This document shows, one piece after another, positions 38,821 through 48,757 of a stretch of 64,000 bases of DNA (position 1 is its first letter; each line of letters begins with the position of its first letter). A model generated the notes under the pieces. It had not been told where the DNA came from. It searched no databases and saw only the letters and a list, made by a program, of their open reading frames with translations. The stretch spans positions 124,001 to 188,000 of the forward strand of contig CDROCS010001101.1 of NCBI GenBank assembly GCA_977020255.1, written 5' to 3'. The stretch is from Obrimoposthia wandeli. Its lineage: Eukaryota. The translations under genes were made by a program, and so were the position numbers.

Positions 38821-39738
38821 TTGAAAAAGTTATTACTTTGCATATTTACAGGTACATTTTTAGTGGCATGTGGCGGTTCTTCATCAAATAGTGACAATCC
38901 TCAAACAGATCCATTACCACTTCCAGAACCTGGTCCAACAGATCCAAGTCAGATTCATGATGTTGTACCAAATGTTGATTACAACAACGCGCAAAGTATC
39001 ATCGATAGTATCGATTTCGAGAACCAGCAGAATGGTGAATACACCTCATCAATGTTTAATTCTGACTTTAATAACGAATGGGGAAGTGTTACTGGAAGAG
39101 CCAATATTATTACGATGGACGGCTCTAATAAGTTAGCGGTAACTCATCCCAAAGACACTTATAAAAAAGGGATATCTGCAGGCAAGGATTTAAACGAACA
39201 TAACGAATTGTATTTCTCATATCAAATTAATTTTGGTAAAGACTATGACTTTTCGATGGGCGGTAAAATGCCAGGACTTGCAGGTCTAAATCCAAATGTT
39301 GATACGAAGCCGGATGGTTGTTCAGATGTAGGTGAAGACGAAGGTTTTAGTTTACGTTCAATGTTCCGCGAAGATGGCCGTGCAATTGGTTACTTCTATC
39401 ACCAGGATAAAACTAAAACATGTGGTGATGAAATTGATTATCAGCATGAAGGTAAAAACTTTTCATTCAAACGTGAAAAAACCTATCTTATCGAACAGTA
39501 CGTGAAAATTAACGACGCTCACCAAGCAAATGGCATTGTGACGATTTATGTAAATGGTTTTAAAGTGCTTGAGCGTAAAGACATGACATTTTCTGAAAGC
39601 GGTATACATGCAATCAATTACCAGTTTACCCAGCTATGGCATGGTGGAAATAGTAATGATTGGGCTGTAGATCGTGATTCAACAGCTTACTTAGATCACT
39701 TTACGTTAAGTACAGAACCACTGAGTTATTCTAAATAA
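38821..39738 (+). CDS. Lipoprotein polysaccharide lyase (PL14-like), copy 1
   Basis: Lipobox FLVA-C; YDFSMGGKMPGLAG, RSMFR, GYFYH, LWHGG; TTG start with AGGAG RBS. Confidence 0.78.
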   Translation: MKKLLLCIFTGTFLVACGGSSSNSDNPQTDPLPLPEPGPTDPSQIHDVVPNVDYNNAQSIIDSIDFENQQNGEYTSSMFNSDFNNEWGSVTGRANIITMDGSNKLAVTHPKDTYKKGISAGKDLNEHNELYFSYQINFGKDYDFSMGGKMPGLAGLNPNVDTKPDGCSDVGEDEGFSLRSMFREDGRAIGYFYHQDKTKTCGDEIDYQHEGKNFSFKREKTYLIEQYVKINDAHQANGIVTIYVNGFKVLERKDMTFSESGIHAINYQFTQLWHGGNSNDWAVDRDSTAYLDHFTLSTEPLSYSK

Positions 39739-39772
39739 CCTAGTTAATGATCTAATTAATGATTAATTGTAT

Positions 39773-39806
39773 ATCAGGCTCAGCAATTGCTGAGCCTGAT
39801 TTTTTA
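39773..39806 (+). terminator. Rho-independent terminator (duplicated unit 1)
   Basis: ATCAGGCTCAGC-AATT-GCTGAGCCTGAT followed by a T run. Confidence 0.85.
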
Positions 39807-39914
39807 TGCCTATGGAAACAACCTTAGCCATTAAAACGCTTATTTAAAGAATTAGCGGTACTAAAACGACGATAGCATACCTAAAAATTAAACAACGACG
39901 AGTTAGGAGTTCAT

Positions 39915-40928
39915 TTGAAAAAGTTATTACTTTGCATATTTACAGGTACATTTTTAGTTGCATGTGGCGGTTCTTCATCAAATGGGGACAACCCTCAAAC
40001 AGATCCCGTACCAATTCCAAACCCATCGCCACTTCCAGAACCGGCCCCATTACCAATTCCAGACCCATTGCCACTTCCAGAACCGGATCCATTACCAATT
40101 CCAGATCCTGATCCATTACCACTTCCAGATCCAAGTCAGATTCATGACGTTGTACCAAAGGTTGATTATAACGCGCAAGGTATTATCGATAGTATCGATT
40201 TCGAGAATCAGCAGAATGGTGAATATACTTCATCAATGTTTAATTCTGACTTTAATAACGAATGGGGAAGCGTTACTAAAAATGCTAGAGCAAATATCAT
40301 TACGATGGATGGCTCGAATAAGTTAGCTGTAACTCACCCAAAAGGTTATTACAAAGAAGGAATAACAGCAGGAAAGAATTTAACCGAACATAACGAATTG
40401 TATTTCTCATATCAGATTAATTTTGGTAAAGACTATGACTTTTCGATGGGCGGTAAAATGCCAGGACTTGCAGGTCTCAACCCGAATGTTGATAAAAAAC
40501 CGGATGGTTGTTCAACTGTAGGTGAAGACGAAGGTTTTAGTTTACGTTCAATGTTCCGTGAAAATGGCCGTGCAATTGGTTATTTCTATCATCAAGATAA
40601 GACCAATAAATGTGGTGATGAAATTGATTATCAGCATGAAGGTAAAAACTTTTCATTCAAACGTGAAAAAACCTATCTTATCGAACAGTATGTGAAAATG
40701 AACGACGCTCACCAAGCAAATGGTATTGTGACTATTTATGTAAATGGTTTTAAGGTGCTTGAGCGTAAAGATATGACGTATTCTGAAAGCGGTATATATG
40801 CAATCAATTACCAATTTACCCAGTTGTGGCATGGCGGAAATAGCAATGATTGGGCTGTAGATCGTGATTCAACAGCTTATTTAGATCACTTCACACTAAG
40901 TACAGAACCACTGAGTTATTCTAAATAA
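39915..40928 (+). CDS. Lipoprotein polysaccharide lyase (PL14-like), copy 2 with expanded Pro linker
   Basis: Near-identical paralog of 38821-39738 with a longer P-x-P repeat linker. Confidence 0.78.
   Translation: MKKLLLCIFTGTFLVACGGSSSNGDNPQTDPVPIPNPSPLPEPAPLPIPDPLPLPEPDPLPIPDPDPLPLPDPSQIHDVVPKVDYNAQGIIDSIDFENQQNGEYTSSMFNSDFNNEWGSVTKNARANIITMDGSNKLAVTHPKGYYKEGITAGKNLTEHNELYFSYQINFGKDYDFSMGGKMPGLAGLNPNVDKKPDGCSTVGEDEGFSLRSMFRENGRAIGYFYHQDKTNKCGDEIDYQHEGKNFSFKREKTYLIEQYVKMNDAHQANGIVTIYVNGFKVLERKDMTYSESGIYAINYQFTQLWHGGNSNDWAVDRDSTAYLDHFTLSTEPLSYSK
40005..40133 (+). repeat. Degenerate in-frame tandem repeats encoding a (P[L/I]P[E/D/N]P) linker
   Basis: Repeated CCATTACCAATTCCAGA / CCACTTCCAGA units. 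Confidence 0.8.
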
Positions 40929-40958
40929 TCTAGTAAATAACCTGGTTAATGATTTTAT

Positions 40959-40992
40959 ATCAGGCCTCGCGATTGCGAGGCCTGATTTTTTA
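40959..40992. terminator. Rho-independent terminator (duplicated unit 2)
   Basis: ATCAGGCCTCGC-GATT-GCGAGGCCTGAT followed by a T run. Confidence 0.85.
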
Positions 40993-41011
40993 TGCCTATG
41001 ATAAACGTATT

Positions 41012-41707
41012 TTAGTCTTTAAGACGGAATACAACATCTACCTGATCACGAATAACGATCTGTGTATCTTGGTATGATGACTCAATATTAGCACTACTAT
41101 CCATAGCCATAGATCGCATCATTACAGGTCTAGATTGACGATATGAAATTTTCCACACCCCGTCAATTTCCTCATCAAAGCCTTTGGCAAGAGATTGTGC
41201 CTTTTGTTTTGCGTCCGAAATGGCAGCTTGGCGCGCTTGCTCTAAGTATTTACTTTCATTACTTACTTTCAATTCAATGCTGTTAATATTGTTAATACCA
41301 TCACCAAGCGCACCATCTAAAAATTGATTGAGTTTATCTAACTCACGCACTGTTACAGTGACATGCCTATTTGCACGATAGCCAATTAGCTCTGGTTTGT
41401 TATCTTTTTTATAAAGATATTCAGGGCGAAGGGAGATATTTGAACTTTCAATATCGGTTCTGGCAACACCTTCGGTTGTTAAGCGTTGGTTAAATGCAGC
41501 TATTGCGGAATCAACAGCATTTTTAGCCTCTTTTGCAGTCTTACCTAATTCAGAAACTTGCACGCTAAATAAAGCCATATCTGGCGGTGTCATAATTTCC
41601 CCCGTACCTGTGGTTTCTAAGTGAGGGAAACTGACATCTGCAGCCATCAAGCTTGGCGAGATAAAAGCACTCGCAGTCAGTATTGTCGCAAGTAAACATC
41701 TGTTCAT
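41012..41707 (-). CDS. SIMPL-domain periplasmic protein (YggE-like oxidative stress defence protein)
   Basis: Signal peptide; TTGTGEIMTPPDMA, LIGYRANRHV, A...AISDAKQKAQSLA. Confidence 0.88.
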   Translation of the reverse strand: MNRCLLATILTASAFISPSLMAADVSFPHLETTGTGEIMTPPDMALFSVQVSELGKTAKEAKNAVDSAIAAFNQRLTTEGVARTDIESSNISLRPEYLYKKDNKPELIGYRANRHVTVTVRELDKLNQFLDGALGDGINNINSIELKVSNESKYLEQARQAAISDAKQKAQSLAKGFDEEIDGVWKISYRQSRPVMMRSMAMDSSANIESSYQDTQIVIRDQVDVVFRLKD

Positions 41708-41845
41708 AAGTGTAACCTCTATTCATCATTGTTAACGATCATTGATATTCAGACAGTCAAAAATTGAAATATATCCTTAAATTATCAAATATTTATAAAT
41801 ATAGGCTGGTTAACCCTATTTTAAAATGACGAATTTCACACTAAT

Positions 41846-41873
41846 TAATGAGTAATGAGTAATGAGTAATGAG
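41846..41873. repeat. Microsatellite (TAATGAG)4
   Basis: Four exact 7-bp units in an intergenic region. Confidence 0.9.
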
Positions 41874-41949
41874 TAAGTGTATTAATTAGAGTGCTGAGGA
41901 TATGATGTGTATTTATGAGCAGAGTTGAAAGGATAAAGCTTCATCGCAG

Positions 41950-43572
41950 TTATTGATTTATAATTAACTTTTTAGCCTCGCTATCTGAAAGTGCTTTATC
42001 AAAATAATAGCCTTGTGCATAGTCACAACCAAGTGCTTGTAAAAGATCTCGTTGCGCTAATGTTTCGACACCTTCGGCAAGTACATTTACGTCTAACACT
42101 TCCCCTAGCTCTATCACTTTACGCGCAAATTCTCGGTCTAACTTTGAATCACATATATCAGCAATTAATGAACGATCAATTTTTAAAGTATCTAGCGATA
42201 AGCGTAGTGTTCTAACCAGACTTAATGACGAATAGCCGGTGCCAAAGTCATCAATCGCAATGTGTAAACCAAGGTCTTTGACCGCCCTAACATTGTTTAC
42301 TAAGACCGCCATATTACTTATTGATGCAGTTTCAGTGATTTCGATTTCAAGTAAGTTTTTAGGACAACCAGTCGACGCGATAATAGATTGTAAACGAGTA
42401 ATAAAGTCCGTCATTTCTAACGTTTTAAACGATATATTAATCGCAATTTTCGGGCTGTAAACAGACTCCTCTCGCCACCGAACTATCTGTTGGCAAACTT
42501 GCGAAAAAACCCATAAATCAAACTCGAAATGCAACCCGATATCTTCGGCAATGCGAACAAATACATCGGGAGCGATATAACCTAAATCCTTATGGAACCA
42601 ACGAGATAATGCCTCGAAACCAACCAGTTTATTATTTCGAAGATCATATTGAGGCTGATAATGTATTTTTATCAATGATTTATCGATAGCATTTGGAAAC
42701 TCATCAATAATGAGTTTATTCATCATCAAGCCAGGTGTTATTGTAGTTTTGGCAAAACAATAATGCGAATTACTGTGTCGCTCTGATTCTCTCATTGCAG
42801 TTTCAGCAGCAATTTCCATCGCGAAATAATTATCATATTCGCAGCCTTCAGCGCTTATCCCAATACTAATTGATTTGTTCACCATAAGGTTATTGGCTAA
42901 GCGTAATGGTTCTAATGACCAGCTGCATAGATTTTGGCAAATAGTTGTAATGTGATCAATAGAGTCTCGCGATGATAACTGCTCTTTATTCTCGATTAAA
43001 ACACCAAAACGGGCATTCGACAAACGAACAACTAGACCTTCATGTTGTAATTTTGATTGCAGATTTTTACCAAAAACGGCAAGGTATTCATCACCAGCAT
43101 CAAACCCATAGCGAAAGTTAATAGTTGAGAAGTTATCTACGCTGAGTACTAACATTCTAAGTTTAAGGGCATTGGATTCATTGAATAAATGCGTAGCTCT
43201 GGCGCTCATTGCCCAGCCATTTGGCAGTCCTGATATTGGATCTATGGCTTTATTTTCAGTCACTTTAAAGTATAACTTAAACTTGTTACTGGCCATTTTT
43301 TTACAATGAAATTGGACTTTTATATGATAATAATTACAGTCTACAAGTTCACCAGTGTAAATCCCCTCCTCTGTACTGGCACATAAGTTATCAAGCAATA
43401 TGTCAATGTCACGCGTGTTTTCTTCCACGTTTAGTTGTAATAAATCACTAATTTTTGTGTCAATAAGTGCAGCATAGGTCAGGCCTATTAATGTTGAAAA
43501 CATTTCATTACAAGACTTAATTTGCCCGTGTTGGACAATTAAAATTGGTAAAAATGAATCTTCAATTTGCAT
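41950..43572 (-). CDS. PAS-like + degenerate GGDEF + EAL protein (probable c-di-GMP phosphodiesterase)
   Basis: YGFDAGDEYL and RLSNARF in place of GGDEF; EAL, EITE, IDDFGTGYSSL, LKIDRS, AEGVE intact. Confidence 0.9.
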   Translation of the reverse strand: MQIEDSFLPILIVQHGQIKSCNEMFSTLIGLTYAALIDTKISDLLQLNVEENTRDIDILLDNLCASTEEGIYTGELVDCNYYHIKVQFHCKKMASNKFKLYFKVTENKAIDPISGLPNGWAMSARATHLFNESNALKLRMLVLSVDNFSTINFRYGFDAGDEYLAVFGKNLQSKLQHEGLVVRLSNARFGVLIENKEQLSSRDSIDHITTICQNLCSWSLEPLRLANNLMVNKSISIGISAEGCEYDNYFAMEIAAETAMRESERHSNSHYCFAKTTITPGLMMNKLIIDEFPNAIDKSLIKIHYQPQYDLRNNKLVGFEALSRWFHKDLGYIAPDVFVRIAEDIGLHFEFDLWVFSQVCQQIVRWREESVYSPKIAINISFKTLEMTDFITRLQSIIASTGCPKNLLEIEITETASISNMAVLVNNVRAVKDLGLHIAIDDFGTGYSSLSLVRTLRLSLDTLKIDRSLIADICDSKLDREFARKVIELGEVLDVNVLAEGVETLAQRDLLQALGCDYAQGYYFDKALSDSEAKKLIINQ

Positions 43573-43840
43573 TAACGGCTACTCGTAAGTCTGACTATAA
43601 ATTTGATTGCGACATTTTACACCATGATCTTTTTGGCAACAACAATGATTCATCAAGCAGGTCTAATTTAGAACATTAAACTCTAGAAGTAATAACTACA
43701 TCGGATTTAATCAAATCCCATTTTATTAAACATATCAAATCTAACCATAATAATAGTTAATTTTTGGGATTTAACCACCAGCTAAATGATCATTTTTAGC
43801 CTAATATATTAAGTTATATAGTTAATTAAAAGGTGCGATT

Positions 43841-44209
43841 ATGAAAAATAAGCGTCAATTTCAACGTGTGTTATTTAGCCACGATGCTTCATTAACATGT
43901 AATGGGCATCAATGGGAAACAAATGTAATAGATCTATCTCTGCGTGGACTTTCTTGTACCAAGCCAAGAAATGTTGTCTTTGATATTAACCAACTCATTA
44001 CGTTATCCATTAAATTATCTCAAGATCAAGTGATTATAATGGAAGCAACGCTTGTTCATAATGAAGAACATGTATTAGGTATGCGTTGCACTCGAATTGA
44101 TATTAACAGTATTTCTGAATTACGACGTTTAGTGCAATTAAACTTAGCCGATGATGCGTTATTACATCGAGACATAGGTAATTTGACGCAGTCATTACCT
44201 GACTATTAG
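43841..44209 (+). CDS. PilZ domain protein
   Basis: RQFQR (RxxxR) and DLSLRG (DxSxxG). Confidence 0.88.
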   Translation: MKNKRQFQRVLFSHDASLTCNGHQWETNVIDLSLRGLSCTKPRNVVFDINQLITLSIKLSQDQVIIMEATLVHNEEHVLGMRCTRIDINSISELRRLVQLNLADDALLHRDIGNLTQSLPDY

Positions 44210-44306
44210 CCCGACAGAGTGGCAAATTGTAAAACCTCTGACATACTTAACGGTGACACAGAGCAAATTTGTGTGGTTATTAAGACTAATCGAGAGAGGA
44301 ATTTCA

Positions 44307-44576
44307 ATGATGAATAAATTACTCGTTGCTGGCGTTATCACGACAGCTGTACTGCTTACCGGCTGCGCAAACAACAAAGCCGACCTTACAGATAGTGTTG
44401 GTGGTTTGAATTCTGAAGTCAGTAAATTAACAGATCAAGTTCAATCATTACAATCAGAACAAGATGCGATGAAATCAATGGTGCAATCAGCAACAGATGC
44501 GGCTCAAAAAGCCCAAGAAGAAGCCGAACGTGCCAACATGCGAATTGACAATATAGCGGCATCCTACAGTAAATAG
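44307..44576 (+). CDS. lpp: Major outer-membrane lipoprotein (Lpp/OprI family)
   Basis: Lipobox LLTG-C, coiled-coil heptads, EAERANMRIDN..YSK with a C-terminal Lys; GAGGA RBS. Confidence 0.88.
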   Translation: MMNKLLVAGVITTAVLLTGCANNKADLTDSVGGLNSEVSKLTDQVQSLQSEQDAMKSMVQSATDAAQKAQEEAERANMRIDNIAASYSK

Positions 44577-44654
44577 ACTCTCCAATGTCTTAAGGTAGAT
44601 CAGCTGTATGATGCTGTTCTACCTTAAGACCTTTTTATATCAATGCTAATTTAT

Positions 44655-44680
44655 ATTTGTATTTGTATTTGTATTTGTAT
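44655..44680. repeat. Microsatellite (ATTTGT)4
   Basis: Four exact 6-bp units between lpp and the L,D-transpeptidase gene. Confidence 0.85.
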
Positions 44681-44714
44681 TAATCATTAAAATATACTTA
44701 AGCCTTAACTTCCC

Positions 44715-45635
44715 CTAAATACTAATATTAATTGGCAACCCGTAATGAAATAATAAGGCTCTATCTATTGTCATTCTATCTACGCTAGTATCAACTTCAA
44801 GCTGTTCCAATATGTCACTTTTACCATCATCATTAGATAACGTTTTAGAAGACAGAGGTGAATGAACCTCTAAATAACGTTGGCCATCAGGTTCTAATGT
44901 GAATTTTATCGGCTTGTTAATAATCTTAACTGGCTCATTAATACTGACATTGTTATATAACCACTCTATATCATCCGGATTCATCCGAATACAACCCGCA
45001 CTGATACGCATCCCTATCCCAAAACTTTGGTTCGTACCATGAATGAGATAATTACTATGACCTTTACCTAATCGTAACGCAAAGTCACCTAACGGGTTAT
45101 GTTTACCCGCTGGTACTGTCGGCGGCAGCACCATTTTGTATTTATCCAAATATTCAGCGCGTGTTTTTGAAGTCGGAGTCCAGACGGGATCCTTAAGTTT
45201 GCTTTGAACAAAGCTATTCATTTTAGGGGTTGCCCGACCTTCACGACCAATACCAACAGGAAAAACATGCACCTGGTTGGTATTTTTAGGAAAGTAATAC
45301 AATCTGAGCTCTGGTAGGTTAATGACGATACCTTGATAGCTCACATTGGGCAGCAGCATCCAGGTTGGTAATTCCAACACAGTACCGGGCGATGGAAGAA
45401 ATGGGTCAACGGTTGGATTAGAGGCCATTAATGCGATTAGGCCAATGTTATATTGTTGTGAAAGGGAATGAAAATAATCCCCCACTTGTACTTCATGTTG
45501 TACCCGTTCACCAATCAACCTTGAACCAGGTTCAGGCAAAGTATATTGTTGTGAATTAACACTTTGGCTATAAATAAAAGGTAGCATGGCCAATGCAAAA
45601 ACACGGATATGTTGTGGTTTACTAATTGTGAGCAT
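44715..45635 (-). CDS. L,D-transpeptidase (ErfK/YcfS/YnhG family) with LysM-like domain
   Basis: IVINLPELRLYYF, PVGIGR, NPLG, YLIHGT, ISAGCIRM; convergent with lpp. Confidence 0.93.
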   Translation of the reverse strand: MLTISKPQHIRVFALAMLPFIYSQSVNSQQYTLPEPGSRLIGERVQHEVQVGDYFHSLSQQYNIGLIALMASNPTVDPFLPSPGTVLELPTWMLLPNVSYQGIVINLPELRLYYFPKNTNQVHVFPVGIGREGRATPKMNSFVQSKLKDPVWTPTSKTRAEYLDKYKMVLPPTVPAGKHNPLGDFALRLGKGHSNYLIHGTNQSFGIGMRISAGCIRMNPDDIEWLYNNVSINEPVKIINKPIKFTLEPDGQRYLEVHSPLSSKTLSNDDGKSDILEQLEVDTSVDRMTIDRALLFHYGLPINISI

Positions 45636-45693
45636 ACTTACACCTTAAGTGATGTCTTATAGGGTAAGTATAGGCACAATAATTAAGCACGTA

Positions 45694-46692
45694 TTAAGAT
45701 CGACGATACAACCATAATCCAGACAATAGCAGTAAAAATGAATAGCCTATGCTACCTCCGCTTTCCTCTTCTATAGGCTCATTTGAAATATCAAAAATGT
45801 CCTGAGTAAATAAAGGATCTGGCGCTTGATAACGCCCACTCAGATTAATTGTATCCACTAACCACTTACGATAAGTACTAACTTCTGTGTAGACATCAGG
45901 TGTATCATTCTTCGCACATTGATCTGCATGACCAAAGCTCACAACTCCCGCTAATCGGTAACCAAGGTCACGATTACTCGTGGCGCTTTTATCTTGCCAT
46001 ATAAGTGGGCCGCCGGAATCACCATTACAAGATCCGCGGTTAATCGCATTAGCACAAATATAATTAGCCTCCCGCCCTACCCATCTCCAACTGATAGCAC
46101 AACTATCATCTGAAATACCGGTCACTGCAGATTTTTGAAGTATATCTGTACTTTGGCTACCATTTGTTGACGTACGTCCCCAGCCAGATAAGACTAAGTT
46201 ATTACCAATTCCAGCTTTGAATTCAATATCAGCATCTATTTGTAACCCATTATCCATTAATTTTATCGCCTGTGCTGGAGATGCAGCAGGAGCTGATAAT
46301 TGCAATAATGCAATATCATTGGTATTGGTTACTTGGCTATAACCAGGGTGAACGATGAGATTAACCAAGGTATTAGCAGACTGATTACCGCTATTGGATC
46401 TATCGATGCCACCTGAATATACAGTTACCTGACTACGATCAACTGCAGTGAATGAGGTTTCACTATCACTCAAGCAGTGGGCCGCTGTAACGACCCAAGT
46501 ATCTGTGATTAATGTTCCCCCACACGCATATCTAGACCCATTTTTATCAATTTCGATATATACCTGCCAGGGTAGCTCTAATGCTTTACTGTCTACTCCG
46601 CCCACGACATAAGGCATAATGTCATCGTTCGCATTAGCGCTTAATGAGAGTAATATTATTGCGGGAATTGTTATCACTTTAGTACGCATCAA
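45694..46692 (-). CDS. Trypsin-like serine protease with GlyGly-CTERM sorting signal
   Basis: VVGG, TAAHC, NDIALL, GDSGGP catalytic triad; C-terminal SGGSIG-hydrophobic-RR. Confidence 0.93.
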   Translation of the reverse strand: MMRTKVITIPAIILLSLSANANDDIMPYVVGGVDSKALELPWQVYIEIDKNGSRYACGGTLITDTWVVTAAHCLSDSETSFTAVDRSQVTVYSGGIDRSNSGNQSANTLVNLIVHPGYSQVTNTNDIALLQLSAPAASPAQAIKLMDNGLQIDADIEFKAGIGNNLVLSGWGRTSTNGSQSTDILQKSAVTGISDDSCAISWRWVGREANYICANAINRGSCNGDSGGPLIWQDKSATSNRDLGYRLAGVVSFGHADQCAKNDTPDVYTEVSTYRKWLVDTINLSGRYQAPDPLFTQDIFDISNEPIEEESGGSIGYSFLLLLSGLWLYRRS

Positions 46693-46997
46693 ATTAACCT
46701 CGACTAAATTACATTTCAGCGATGGCTGAGTTTTGTTTGTTACATTTTATATAGGTAATTATAGTGCTTACAAGACTAAGTATGAATACCTGTCCTGTAC
46801 TTTATTTGGGTTAGCTTAAAAATAGGATGCAATAAAGCATGTTAAGGTCACTTTATTCATTTAAATATCGAATCTTCGGACATTTTATGTCAACTAGTGT
46901 AAATAGTAACCAAAGGCAATTGACGCACACCACACCATTGCTATTATGTTTATCACGTAAAAACGTAAATGACATATGTATTAATTCAAGGGATATA

Positions 46998-47831
46998 ATG
47001 AAAAATATTTTAACTGTTCTAATGATGGTATTCGCTTTCTCATTAGCGGCACCTGAAGTACACGCGAAAAAATTCGGTGGTGGTAAGTCTTTTGGTAAAA
47101 GCTACAAAACGGCGCCACAAAAACAAACGCCAGCTGCAGCTACACCAGCTAAGCAAGGAATGAGTAAGAAAGGCATGCTTGGCGGTATGTTGGGTGGTTT
47201 ACTTGTTGGTGGTTTGATCGCCTCTATGTTTGGCGGCGCTTTTGAAGGTTTCCAATTCATGGACATGATTATCATGGCTGGTGTTGCTTTCTTACTATTC
47301 CGCTTATTTAAAGGCATGATGCAAGCTAAAGCAGCTGCACAGCAAGGCGGTCCGCAACCAGCATCAGGCCCGGCTTTTAAACAAGAAGCACAAGCTGACG
47401 CGACGTTTAATTCAGCTAGCCAAGGTGGCTTTGCAGGTTCAAACAACGATGTACCATTCAATCTACCTGCTGATTTTGATTTAACTAACTTCTTAACTGG
47501 CGCTCGTAGCCATTACAAGACGTTACAGAAAGCTTGGAATGAAAATGATTTAGAAACAATCCAAGAATATGTTTCTATCGAGTTATACAATGAACTACGT
47601 TCTCAACGTAAAGAACTTGAAGGCGAGCAACATACAGAAGTTATGTTCCTTGATGCTGAGTTAGTTCGTGCAGAGTCAACGGCATCACTTTCACAAGTTA
47701 GTGTTAAATTTAGCGGTCGCTACCGTGATAGCCATGAAGATGTAGAAGCAGACATCAATGAAGTGTGGCATTTAGAACGTGATTTAACCCAAGCAAACGC
47801 GCCTTGGTTAATTACAGGTATCGAGCAGTAA
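46998..47831 (+). CDS. Tim44 domain protein
   Basis: AKKFGGGKSFG, GGLLVGGL, F...A..HY..LQ.AWNEND, W.ITGIEQ. Confidence 0.88.
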   Translation: MKNILTVLMMVFAFSLAAPEVHAKKFGGGKSFGKSYKTAPQKQTPAAATPAKQGMSKKGMLGGMLGGLLVGGLIASMFGGAFEGFQFMDMIIMAGVAFLLFRLFKGMMQAKAAAQQGGPQPASGPAFKQEAQADATFNSASQGGFAGSNNDVPFNLPADFDLTNFLTGARSHYKTLQKAWNENDLETIQEYVSIELYNELRSQRKELEGEQHTEVMFLDAELVRAESTASLSQVSVKFSGRYRDSHEDVEADINEVWHLERDLTQANAPWLITGIEQ

Positions 47832-47867
47832 TCACGCTTATTCGCGAGTTACTGTTATAGTGTTGTT

Positions 47868-47895
47868 AAAAAGGCGGCTAATCACCGCCTTTTTT
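47868..47895. terminator. Rho-independent terminator
   Basis: AAAAAGGCGG-CTAATCA-CCGCCTTTTTT. Confidence 0.8.
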
Positions 47896-48000
47896 GATCT
47901 TAAAAATCAATGAGTATGGCTATCATTGTTTGGTTCTGGCGAATTAAAGTTAACACTGCTATGATCCGCGCATAAACGAAAACTATAGGAATTCAAAAAC

Positions 48001-48540
48001 ATGGCATCATTACAAGAACAGCTTTTAAAAGCCGGTTTAGGCGATGAGAAAAAAGCTAAAAAAATTCGTAAAGAAAAGAATAAAACCAATAAAGCGGTAC
48101 GTAAAAATCAGCAAAATGTCGACACGACTTTGCAAGATGAGATTAAAGCGAAAAAAAATGCCCAAGCACAATTAGATGCTGAGCGTAATAAAGCGATTCA
48201 AGAACAAATTGAGCTAAAATCTGAGCATGGTAAAGTGAAGCAAATGATTCAACAGCTTCATATCACTGATTTCGTTGGTGAGCTTGCATTTAACTACGTG
48301 CTTGATAAGAAAGTTAAAACATTATCAGTTGATCAGCCAAGCTATAATGCATTAACCAAAGGCCAAATCGGTTTATGTGTACTTGATGGTAAGTCTTATG
48401 TCATGCCTGGCATTGCTATCGAGAAGATTAGAGCTGTTGATGAAGCCTATGTGCTGGTATTAAACGAGAATACTGCCACTGAAGTTGACGAAGACGACCC
48501 GTACGCAGATTTTGAAATTCCAGATGACTTAATGTGGTAA
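48001..48540 (+). CDS. DUF2058 (YaiL-like) protein
   Basis: SLQEQLLKAGL at the start; EDDPYADFEIPDDLMW at the end. Confidence 0.9.
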   Translation: MASLQEQLLKAGLGDEKKAKKIRKEKNKTNKAVRKNQQNVDTTLQDEIKAKKNAQAQLDAERNKAIQEQIELKSEHGKVKQMIQQLHITDFVGELAFNYVLDKKVKTLSVDQPSYNALTKGQIGLCVLDGKSYVMPGIAIEKIRAVDEAYVLVLNENTATEVDEDDPYADFEIPDDLMW

Positions 48541-48757
48541 TCACCAACATGAGTTAATCTCCGGCATCCCTCTTAAAGTAACCCACGTGTTAATCTTTAA
48601 GGGGGATGGCAATTAATTTTAACCCTACAATTTCTGTTAACCGCATCAAATATGGTTATTAATCCCCCTCAAAACCAGACTATTTGATTCATGCAGTGAA
48701 TAAACCTATCTGTTTATAAGACAATCTCATATAATTTATCTATCTACCTTACAATGA

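Noticed and set aside
40005-40133. Regularly repeated DNA that could be mistaken for a CRISPR array
   Set aside because: In-frame degenerate codon repeats for a Pro-rich linker with no unique spacers; no cas genes in the window.
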